64,000 nucleotides of DNA, taken from contig NC_134028.1 of the NCBI RefSeq assembly GCF_964204645.1, forward strand, positions 7,192,001-7,256,000, read 5' to 3'. How positions within the stretch are numbered: the first letter of the stretch is position 1; each line of letters starts with the position of its first letter. Both the position numbers and the translations under genes were made by a program. This document shows, one piece after another, positions 24,187-35,100 of this stretch. Below the pieces are notes generated by a model that saw only the letters and a list, made by a program, of their open reading frames with translations, searched no databases and had not been told where the DNA came from. The stretch comes from Tubulanus polymorphus (taxonomy: Eukaryota; Animalia; Nemertea).

Positions 24187-25125
24187 TTTTTCAGATAACG
24201 ACCAAACAAGCAAGAACAGATCTGTAAAAGTCGAAACCAACGAGGGTCTGTGATAATCTAACCTGACATAGCATCAATACGTTATTACATTAGATTCGTT
24301 GAAATTAATTCGATTTTACCTAAAAATTTACGAAAGCCTTTCGGAACTTACCTCCTACGACGAAGTTACTGTCTTAAATGAATCACAGATTAAAGCATCG
24401 CAATTTATAGTCGCCGTCACCTGTCGAGCAATTCCTTTCTTCTTTTCGAAACGGTACAAGCATCGTCAAGTATCTATTGTCTACATATGGCAAAGCTTTC
24501 AATAAGTGTAAAATTATATTATTTTTGAAGTCAACCGGGAATCGGATGATAGTGTAGGAGTCTCAATTTAAGTCCAACTATGATTGCCAAGTGCTAGTCG
24601 ATCAATAATTCACAGATGGCAAGTGGTACAAGCATGTACATGTAGGCCTAGTTTGAAGTCGGAAGTCCGATAGCGATATTGGATTTTTCAATTTTTTCAT
24701 GCGCCACAACAGGTCTATACCGGGAATGTCTGAAGTTTTGCCTGATGTTAGTAAGTGCGCAATCTGAACTAGCATCTTTAAAATAGCAGTCGAAAGATTG
24801 TTATTTCATAGAAAAAAGAAGATGTACATACATAATGAAATTTACAATTCCAGGAATTGAAATAGGTCTTTTGATTTTTGAATAGATTCCTATTAACAGG
24901 AAAAATGAAAGGTATATGTTGATAATCAACATTTCTATGAGGGCCGAGCAAAGCACAGAAGACCATTGAAGCGAGCCCCGCGGGAGAGGAAAATGAACTG
25001 AAATGTGCATTAGGCTGTGTTTTATTGTGGATTATTGCAAAAAGTGATTATCCGTGTAGATGGAAATGAGATAAGATTTTATTTTGTGTTTCAATGTATG
25101 TTTATTCATTTGAAGTGAGACTATG

Positions 25126-25365
25126 CAGGCGCGGATCCAGAGGGAGGGGTTTAGAGGTTGTGACCCCCTGCTCAGCTACCAAAAATTTTTTTAATCGTTT
25201 TCTTGAAGGAATGTACTCAAGACAAAGCGGGCGAATAGTACTATAATCGGTACCATATCATCTTATGTTTGGCCAAGCAATATGCCGTATAGGCCCCCTA
25301 TCAGATTTTAGTCGGCGATTTAACATTAACATTCTTCATAAACCCACTCCTGGGATCCGCGCCTG
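25126..25365. mobile_element. MITE (240 bp) with 5-bp TSD
   Basis: TIR CAGGCGCGGATCC; CTATG on both sides. Confidence 0.75.
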
Positions 25366-26432
25366 CTATGGAGGTGAGTTCATGTATTGCCGCTGTTATG
25401 TGTGGAGCCCGAAGCGAGTTTGTCATCCAAAATTGTATTTCAACGGGACGTGCAAGAAGGTAGGTATAGGAACCAACACTTTGGTAATACCTTCGTTGCT
25501 GTAGTGCATTTCGATAGGAATGTTGTGACTTCAGTGCCAACTTGCCGACGAATTTTGATGGATATTGTAAATATCCGAAAGTATATATGAATGGGGTGGG
25601 TACCCGCAAAACCAGCTATCCCGCCAGATGGCTTGACGAGCAGTAGGTCGCCTGTGTCAAAATTGGTTGATTTTCGATGAACTGGATTTTTAGATTCCTG
25701 AATCCATATCACAGCACCCACCAAATATACAATAATTTCATTGTTCTTCTCGGATATCGGTAAAATTTTCATCAAATTTTGATTCAAGAGAAAAATTTAT
25801 TTAAATTTAATTGAAATGTAGAAGAGATCGAACGCGGACGACCGACTATCTATCAGCAAACCTGGCGGATCCTCGCCTGCCATACGTGGAATCCTCGATT
25901 GCCACAGGAGCACTGCGGGTACCCCCATTACATTGCACGAGATCAATCTTAACTTAGACGCTGGCTTGTCACCTTCCGACGCAATTCGCAATTTCGGCAA
26001 CTACCTGATCGCAACATCACCGGGGTTTGATCGCCTCACGCCATGTAATTCTTTAATTCTAAATAAAGATTTGAACAGTGCCGATGACATTTTAGTCCGA
26101 ATGGTTGTAACTGACAAACGGAGGTGTTTCATAGGTGGTCATCGTACCATTGAAGATGCTGGCCAGCCAGTTGCAGCCCGGACACAAAAGCAGTGCGATC
26201 GAGGGTGAGAAACACTAAACAACGCACGATACACGGGGTTAAGAAATTGAGCTTAGTTCCCTCACTTAATTCCTTCGCTTTTTGACACAACCGACAGAAA
26301 AGAACGATACAGAATTTCAACGAATCTTTGTCCAAAATTTTGATTTCTATAACTTTATTTTATGTACTGAATATACCACTACAATAATCTGGACACAAAG
26401 GTATAATCTATTTAGAAATATTGCTTGGCGAA

Positions 26433-27557
26433 TTAAACACTGAGAACAATGTTTCCAGTTGGTACACAAAGTCCGCAGGAACCTCCGCACTGTGCCGTCG
26501 CCACGAGATTGTTAGGTTTTAACGTAACGATACTCTTTGGCTTAAAACCCGCTGCGTGCCATTTGGTCTGTAAATCGAAAGTATCAGAACATGTTTAAGA
26601 TTTTATCACGAGGGTAAATCCAGGAATTTTGATTAGGGGAGGGGGGATTGACAGCCGAGGTCCAGGTGAAGTTCTTGGTACGCGACAGCAAGCATCGTAG
26701 GCGTGAAGCCCATAAAGGGAGGGGGATGTCAGACGACAGCCGACCAGTTTGCCGGCCAATATGGCGTATGTATGCGGTACAGAACCTCCGTATTAATCTT
26801 TATTCTTTATTATTACAACTGCGAAGGGTCGTCTTAACTAAAGAAGATTCCTATACTCATCGGAACTTACTTTGGTAGCATCGATAGCGAATCCAGTCCC
26901 GGTTAAATCTAACACGAATCCGCCAGACACTTTGTACCATCCTGCGCAACCACCGCCCTGACCATACGGAACCTCATGGGAACTTCTAGATGATGAGGAG
27001 AAGGTGTAATCGGTACCTATTACATTCAAATTCTTTAGGAATGAAAAATAAAGAACATTAGTTATACGCGTATTTACATATTTTATTTCAGTTATGTAAG
27101 ATGAATCTGCACGCTTACATGTGGATCTATTCGAATCTTTTTCCAGTCAGTTCGACCACACGCTGCCCAACCGCGATTACACGCGTTATTACCGTAATTA
27201 CTCGCTTTCAGCGTAATGTATTCTTTACATTTATAACAGAAGATTGTGACTGGTGTAGCTTTCGGTCCCAGATACAGAGTATAATCGCCCGGCTTGGTGG
27301 CCCCGGCTTCTCTGCATGTTTTTGGACGAGAGCAACCACGCGCTAGAATGAAAAGAGATCCAATTCAACGATGTCTACAAGTATGAATATCAGAAACGTA
27401 GAATGTTTTTGGTTTGATAACAACGCGCGTATTCGAAAAGATTATATTCGAAAGTTCGGATATTCTGCAAAATACGTCACGATTTTTCATTAACTTAGTT
27501 TTTACCTGTGTGAATTACAGCGATCAGAAACGTCAGAATAAATGGAGTCGTTTTCAT
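26433..27557 (-). CDS. Stand-alone secreted GON-domain protein, copy 5 (190 aa); exons 27557-27506, 27342-27119, 27032-26871, 26567-26433
   Basis: MKTTPFILTFLIAVIHT-ARGCSRPKTCRE…KIRIDPH-NLNVIGTDY…GGGCAGWY…LDLTGTGF-TKWHAAG…QCGGSCGLCVP. Confidence 0.9.
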
Positions 27558-28269
27558 TTTCGTGAATGATCAAAACAAGCAAAAATCTGTCAATGAAAAT
27601 GAATAGATTACATTTAAGTATACATAACTATCCCGGTGAGGGCAGTAATTTTCGAAAGGTCAACGATTGAATTTAGAAATAACCTAACCAGTACCGTGCT
27701 GGCATACAATGGCTATGGCTGAATTCATCCCTTTACTCTGTACTGTTTTTGGAGACTAGTCAGCAAAAGAGCAAAACACAAATATACGCTATCAAACCCA
27801 CCATGGGTCCGTTGGTTATTTCAAAATATAAGAAATGTCCATTGGTTTCTATTGATGCAACTTTCCAACTACAGCAGACACCTTCTTACTCGATATCGTT
27901 CAACCGGCAATCAAGAGTTAACCTTACCTTGTTGTGCGTAATGGTGTTCTTGGTCGATACGAATAAACATACTGGGTCGCTTTTTTATATAACCCTACCC
28001 GATAGAAAAAACAGGTGGGCATTTGACATTTCTCATTATCATATCCATAATATATTTCATGAATGAAAATGGTTTAATTATCATTATCCATCATGGATTA
28101 ATATTCGACCTAGTATTCAATTGTGAATACATAAATTTCAAATACATAATTTTGAATACATTTGAATACATAAATTTGAAATATCCACGAGGCAGAGGAA
28201 ATTGTAGAATGCAGTTGTTGTATCGGTGGTCCAGTAGTGATTGAGTTTTCTCAATACGAACTAAGTTTA

Positions 28270-28472
28270 AAAACCCACTATATACGGAATCTAAAAGATT
28301 AAAACGAATTTATCTATCAAGAATCGAAATCAAAATACACGATGTTTCGGACTCTCACTAGAGATCATTGTCAGGTGTCAGCTGATCTGTAGAGGTTCAA
28401 AGCGTCGTGTATTTTGATTTTAATTCGGAGAATTCGTTTTTTTAATTTTTTTATTTCTACATAGTGGGTTTT
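28270..28472. repeat. Imperfect inverted repeat resembling a Penelope-like retroelement terminus
   Basis: AAAACCCACTA…ATCAAAATACACGA pairs with TCGTGTATTTTGAT…TAGTGGGTTTT; degenerate CTGA…GAAAC motif inside. Confidence 0.45.
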
Positions 28473-28932
28473 CAATTCATTATCTATTCTCATCGTCTGA
28501 TTGTGGCTATTCTACCTCCAACATACTAACTCGGAATTCTAAATTCCATTATATTGTTAACGCAAGTTTATTTCGACAATAAGCAAATTCAGAATACATC
28601 ATGATGAAAAATAACACACCGATTAGCATTGAGAATGGTAGACTGCAGGAGCAAAAAACACTCAAGTACAATTCAAATGTAATCTTTATTATTAGGTATA
28701 CAATGTACAGGTGTACATGATTCGGGCCTCCTGTCCGTTGTAGAGACTGACTGGGGATGGTCGAGATGGAGAGCTCACGACGGAACCGTTCACTACTGTC
28801 CCGTAGCGACTGAGTGAGCCGAGGACCAGTCAAGTCATTTAAAGAACCCTAAGATCAACGGAACCCTTTTTCAAGCAATACAAACATAAGCGTTATTTCA
28901 AATGATACTATAAGAAATGTTTCAGCATTTAA

Positions 28933-29111
28933 TTAACTGATGATGATATTTCGTTTTTTAGATTTTTCCGACGACTTCTTCATTTCCTCCAGTTCGGCCA
29001 TAACGTCTTTGCTGTCGGCTTGTTTTTTTATGTAGTTCTCCAGTCTGACGATGATCAAATCGACCCTGTTCGAAAGCTCGCGGCACTTCTCGTCTGCGCT
29101 ATCTTGGGCTC
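28933..29111 (-). CDS. Final exon of the polycystin gene (cytoplasmic coiled-coil tail)
   Basis: TTTACAG acceptor; phase-1 join with the exon ending at 40948 (LEYLD-G-AQDSADEKCRELSNRVD…). Confidence 0.85.
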
Positions 29112-32100
29112 CTGTAAATCCACACATATATTAGGAAAGTTATATTCATTCCATAATTTGTGAGTAACAGCAGCTATAGGTTTAGAGCAAATTCATAGTT
29201 CCTGGTATCGTGGATAAACTCAGTTTGAACCGAACTAATTCAGCCGTGAAAACCATTCAGTTTTGGGCCGCCAGTTCTCCATAAATCATTATTTTAATAT
29301 CAGATCAGCATATGGTTTTCACATTAGTTTCACTTGCTACCAGGGACTATAATCACTGAATTAATAAATTTAAACAGTTGCTGTTATCATAAAAGGGAAT
29401 TCATATAGTTGGTGCTCGCGCGACGTGGCAGTACTGCGACGTGGCAGTTTCGTGGCAGTTTCGCGAGTGCCTATATAAGGGAGGTCCCTGAAACAGAGAG
29501 GAGAAAGAGAGGGAGAGACAGAAAGAGACAGAACACCGGAACTGGAACAGCCATAAGCAAGTAGAAAAATAAAAGCGTAATATCAACTGGAGAAGAGTCT
29601 TTCCAACTTGTCATTTACTATCACTGCTAATGCAGCTGCAGGCACAAATCGCATCGCTTGATACAGACACGACTGACAAGCTACCATTCAAACCAGAGGA
29701 CACGTTTTCGGGTAACTCAGATGAGGACGTAAATAGTTTCCTTAGGGATTTTGAAGCTAGAGTAAATTTTGGGGGATGGAAAAAGTCGAAGGCTGTAGCG
29801 GCTTTTCCGATGTGTTTAAGCGGAAGAGCTAGGAATTATTTTTACGAATTAAAAGAACAAAGTAAGGACGAACAGGGAAATGCCACAGATGTTACTTTAG
29901 AAAATGTTTTTAAATTGTTCAAAGAGAAGTTCGGTGGTAAAGACATGGAATGGGTTTTACAATCAGAATTTTATTCAATTAAAATGAAGGAAGGAGAATC
30001 ATTAGATTCTTACATATCTCGAGTGGTTGGCGTGGCTACTAGGCTAAGCAAGAGGGGCGATGATATTTTGCAACCCTTTATTCATGGGTTACTACCAAAT
30101 ACTAAGGCATTTGTGCTGGGAAAGTGCCCAACTTCATTAGACCAGGCGATAAATTACGCGCGTCTGGCGGTGGAGTTGGATAAGCTAGTACCAGCACAAG
30201 CCCAGGTGAGGTCTATTAATCTCGATTATTCGCGGCAGGTTGCGTTGGAACAGGAGGTTAAAGGATTAAACGAAAAACTAACTCAGCTGCTGTCTTTACA
30301 GAGAAGCAACGATGGTGGCAACCAGCGGAGACCGATAAGGTTATCCGATGGTCGTCCCTATTGTGAAAACTGTAAGACAGCAGGCCATACTACAGCTAGG
30401 TGTAGGCGATCCAACAATTCGAATATAACATGTCATAACTGCGGTCGTCGAGGACATATTGCGCGAAATTGTCGGGCGCAAAGATATGATTCCTCCCAAA
30501 GAGCTCAATTCCATAGACCCGAACCTCCGCCTCGACCGCCGCAGCGATATCAATATCAAGACTACTGTTCAATACCTCTCAATCCAAATGCGCAGCATCG
30601 AGATTATCCAGACAATAGATCTCACATTCGTTCAAGTAAACCGGGGTATAACCAACCACCAGGTCCAAACCAGAATCCTCCTGTTTTTGAAGTTTCGGGA
30701 AACGAAGATCGGCTTATGAGTACGAGGTAACTCATAAGCCATGGCCACAGCAAACCATTTGTAGATACGAACGGGAAAACGGCGTTTATCCAAATGTGTA
30801 CAACAGTACTGGTTGTATCCATAATTCTGATAAAATCATAACGTACGGTGACAACCAACTGAACAGCTGTTATAGTAATAATCGCTGGTATAGTGACAGC
30901 TCGAAACTTATAGGTTCAACGCTGGAAAATTCATGTAGTTTCATTGCAGATAATGACGTGCGTAAATCGCAATATGAGAGTAAGGTTCCAATAAACGTTG
31001 ATAATTTAAATTCAGTATATGATAATAGTCTATGTACTCGAGGTACAGTTTCTCATGAAGGAATTAATGAAAAATTAAGTGTCGATAATAATAGTAATAG
31101 CAATAATGATTCAAAACCTAGTTTGGAAGTAACGACCCAAAAAGGGCCGACGGAGCAAGTTATTAACGCTACTGAAATAAAGAGTTCAGAGAGTGAATTA
31201 GCAGAGAATTCAGAAATTTGTAAAGAGGTATTTTTAAAATGTGGAAATGATAGTATATTAAGTAATGAAAATAATTCTGAGTTAACTGATTCGAATCTGA
31301 ATAAGAATTTTAGGGTAGCAAATAATAATATAGTCTCCAGTGCTGAGGGTACTTCCAGTAAAGAGTTGTATACTAAGGATAAACAAAGTAAAACTATAAT
31401 TGATTCATGTGAGAAGGACACAGATACCATAATCAATAATGATGATAATATTCATATCAGAAAAATTTCGACAAATGATGCTGAGGCTGATCTTGCCTCA
31501 AAAATGAACAGGGATCCCGTCCCATTTGACCCTGGGGAAGATATTCAAGGGCTCTGCAGATGGGCAGTTAAGAAACTGAGATCTATCAGATGTATACGTC
31601 AGAACCAAATCATTGAAAATTGTTGGAAGAGAGTGAGAAGAAAATGGTCGCCTGTATGCCTAAGGACGGGGGAGGAAATACTTCATGATTTGACTAACTT
31701 CTTAGATTGCGTGTCTAAACTTAATACAGGAACTTCCGTTGACAATTCTACCCTTGATTTTGAAGATAAATGTAGAATTTTCATTAAGGAATTGGCAACT
31801 GTTGAATGTGAGGACTCTTTTGACCAGAGCATTTTGAAAGAATTAAACACACTGTTAGAACGTTTAGCGAATTTGAGTAAAGATGATAAAAGTATGAAAC
31901 ATGCGAATGAACAGAGCACAACCATACTAGCTTCAGTTGCTAGCACTGTTCCGGCAAAGATTAATAATGGCTGTTATAATGTTCTCATAGACAGTGGTGC
32001 GATGATTTCCGTCATGGATAGCCAAATTTATCATAAATCCCCATCATTGAAAACAATTCCGATTAAAGAAGGACAACTTAGGGTCGCACACTCTGCAAAC

Positions 32101-35100
32101 GGCACTCCTATTAAATTAGAGGGAACTGTAGAAATTCCAATTCAGATAGGTCAAGAAAAGTTTAGACAGACGGTTTATTTAGCAAGTCCACTACAACAAA
32201 AGCTAATATTGGGCCTAGATTTCATGAACGAAAAAAGAGTTCAGCTAGATTTTTGTACAGGAACGATGTCCTTAGATAACGGCTATCCAATACAGCTACA
32301 AAAACAGGTAGGCCTCGGTCATCAAGCCAAGGTTACGGCAATAAGCGATATTACTATTCCTCCTAAATCTGAATGTAAAATTAGCGCGAAATTAAGTGAT
32401 TATCTAGCGGATCATAACTATGTTCTGTTTGAACCAGACGTATATTTGAAAACTCGCTATAATATTGAAAGTAACGAATGTATTGTGGAAGTTTATAAGA
32501 AACAAGTACCAATAAAATTACACAATACTACCAACACACCTCTGAATATTAGGAAGGGTACAGCCATAGGTTTTGTGACATTAGATTATTCGGCAGTTTC
32601 ACAGGATCGTTTCGACCTAATGAATCAATTAAATGAACAATCCGATATTAAAGATAATAGCTCTTTCGCAGTAAATCACCTAGACATTGACGTGACCAAT
32701 TCCGACCTGAGTCCGAACGGTAGAAAAAAGTTAGAAGTTTTACTCGAGGAATATCGAGACATATTTGCAAAGGATAGTGGGGAGCTTACACGAGCTAATG
32801 TGCCGTGGCAACACCGGATTCATACCGGTGTAACGCCACCTATCAGGCTTAGACCGTATAGACCTCCAGTCGCACTGAGGGAGGCTGAAGATAAACTAGT
32901 TAAGAAGTTGGCTGAACAAGGCATAGTCAGGGAGTCAACATCTGAATGGGCATCTCCGTGCATATTAGTACGCAAGGGGGGCCAAACAAATCCTGATGGC
33001 TCACCGTCTTATCGGTTGGTACACGATTATCGCCAATTGAATAAGGCAACTAAAATTGATACATTTCCTGGACCAACTATAGCTGAGATATTTACAAATA
33101 TAGGAAAAAGAAAGGGGCGAATATTTACAACTCTTGATCTACATTCAGGATACTTCCAAATACCCATGCACCCTGATTCAATAGAGAAAACAGCTTTTGT
33201 GTGCAATAGTGGGAAGTGGGAGTATTTGAAAATGGCTCAAGGTCTGGCCGGAGCACCAGCCACCTTTTGGAGAAATATTACCTATGTTCTTAGGGATGTA
33301 TTACACGATATCTGTGAGGTTTTCCTTGATGATATTATCATATTTTCCGAAGACGAGGAGTCCCATTTTGAACATCTACGGCTTGTGTTTCAAAGACTAA
33401 GGGAAGCCAAATTGAAGCTAAAAAGTACGAAATGTCACTTCTTCTCTAAGATCGTCAAGTATCTAGGATATCTAGTAACCGAATCGGGGCTACTTCCATG
33501 TGGCGAAAAGATAGATAAAGTTAAGAATTGTGCGGTTCCCAAGAACCTTAAAACATTGAGAGGATTCTTGGGGTTAACAGGGTTTTACAGATCGTTCATC
33601 AAGGATTATGCAACTATATCTAAACCCTTAACTGCACTTTTGCAGAAAGATATCAAATTTGTGTGGTCAAAAGAGTGTCAAACGGCTTTTGAAACACTTA
33701 AGGCTGCTCTGCAAACTCCGCCCATTCTTAAGTTCCCAGACTTTGACAAACCATTCATTCTACAAACTGATGCAAGTAATTTCGCATGTGGTATGGTATT
33801 GAGTCAAGTCGGTGAGGATGGGAAGGAACACCCAATCGAGTACGCCTCAAAACAGTTCAATAAAGCGGAATTGAACTACAACACTACACGCAAGGAATTG
33901 GCTGCTATATTATACGGAGTTCGACATTTTAGACCATTCTTATACGGTCGACAATTCATTATACAAACTGACCACATAAGTTTATCGTTTCTACAGAGGA
34001 TGAAGAATCCTACTCCACAACTGTTACGTATCCTTGATGAATTATCTGAGTATGATTTTCAAATTAGACATAAATCTGGTCGCATTCATGGAAATGCCGA
34101 TGGTCTAAGTAGAATGAAGTTTGACGATCCTATAGATGATTTGGCTGTCGTATCTGAAGTAGATGTGGATTCAGTTCTCAAAGAACAAATGGAAGACGGA
34201 CATTTAGCCGACATAATTAACTATTTGACTAGCGGTATATTACCGATTAATAACAAGGACGATGCAAGAACTGTGCTTTTGTCAGCCGATCAATATACGC
34301 TGAATGATAAGGGGGTATTGTATCATATCCCAAGGCCCGCTAAGAACCAAAATGGTGATTACTTCCTACAGCTTGTTGTCCCAGAATCACTTAAGTTAGA
34401 CATTCTGAAATTCATGCATGATGAGCATATTTCAGGTCATTTCGGAATTCCAAAAACTTACTCAAGAATATATCAAAATTATTATTGGAAGAATATGTAT
34501 AGGGATGTAAAACACTTTGTTAACAGTTGCCCCGCTTGCAACCAACGTAAGAAACCTAGTAAACCTGCACGTGCTCCAGTCCAGCCTCAGGATATTCCTG
34601 ATGGACCATTTGTAAAAATTTCTGTTGATTGCGTTGGACCAATTACTAAGTCTGAAGATGGTATGACACAAATTGTAGTTTTTGTTTGTAACTTCACACG
34701 ATACTGTGAGGCTTTCGCAGTTCCGGATATCACAGCACCTACAATAGCCAGGGTTATGTATGACCAAATTCTTCTCAGATATGGCTTCCCGCGTGAATTA
34801 TTAAGTGACCGGGGAAGCAATTTTCTTAGTGAAATGATCGAAGAAATTTTGAAGCGAGCAAAAATTAAACATAAAAGAACTGCGTCATTTAACCCAAAAT
34901 GCAATGGCCTGTGTGAAGTGACAAACAAGTCTATAAAAACACTCCTTTCAATGATGATTTCTGAGAAACAAACCGATTGGACCAAATATCTACGGTCCGC
35001 AGTATTTGCGTATAATACTAGTCCAATGAAATCGATTGCCAATTTCAGTCCATTTTATCTGATGTTCCTTAGACATCCCAACACTCCGTTGGATAATGCA

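Noticed and set aside
25390-26335. Cluster of overlapping short ORFs in a more GC-rich stretch between GON copies 4 and 5
   Set aside because: No coherent spliced frame or recognisable motif found; left uncalled
715-27557. GON exons as alternative 3' ends of an ADAMTS gene or of the polycystin
   Set aside because: Each copy has its own ATG and signal-peptide exon; no protease or TSP1 exons in the window; the polycystin has its own stop and poly(A) signal
29401-29586. 61-aa antisense ORF in both LTRs
   Set aside because: Arises from the GA-rich tract; identity follows from LTR identity
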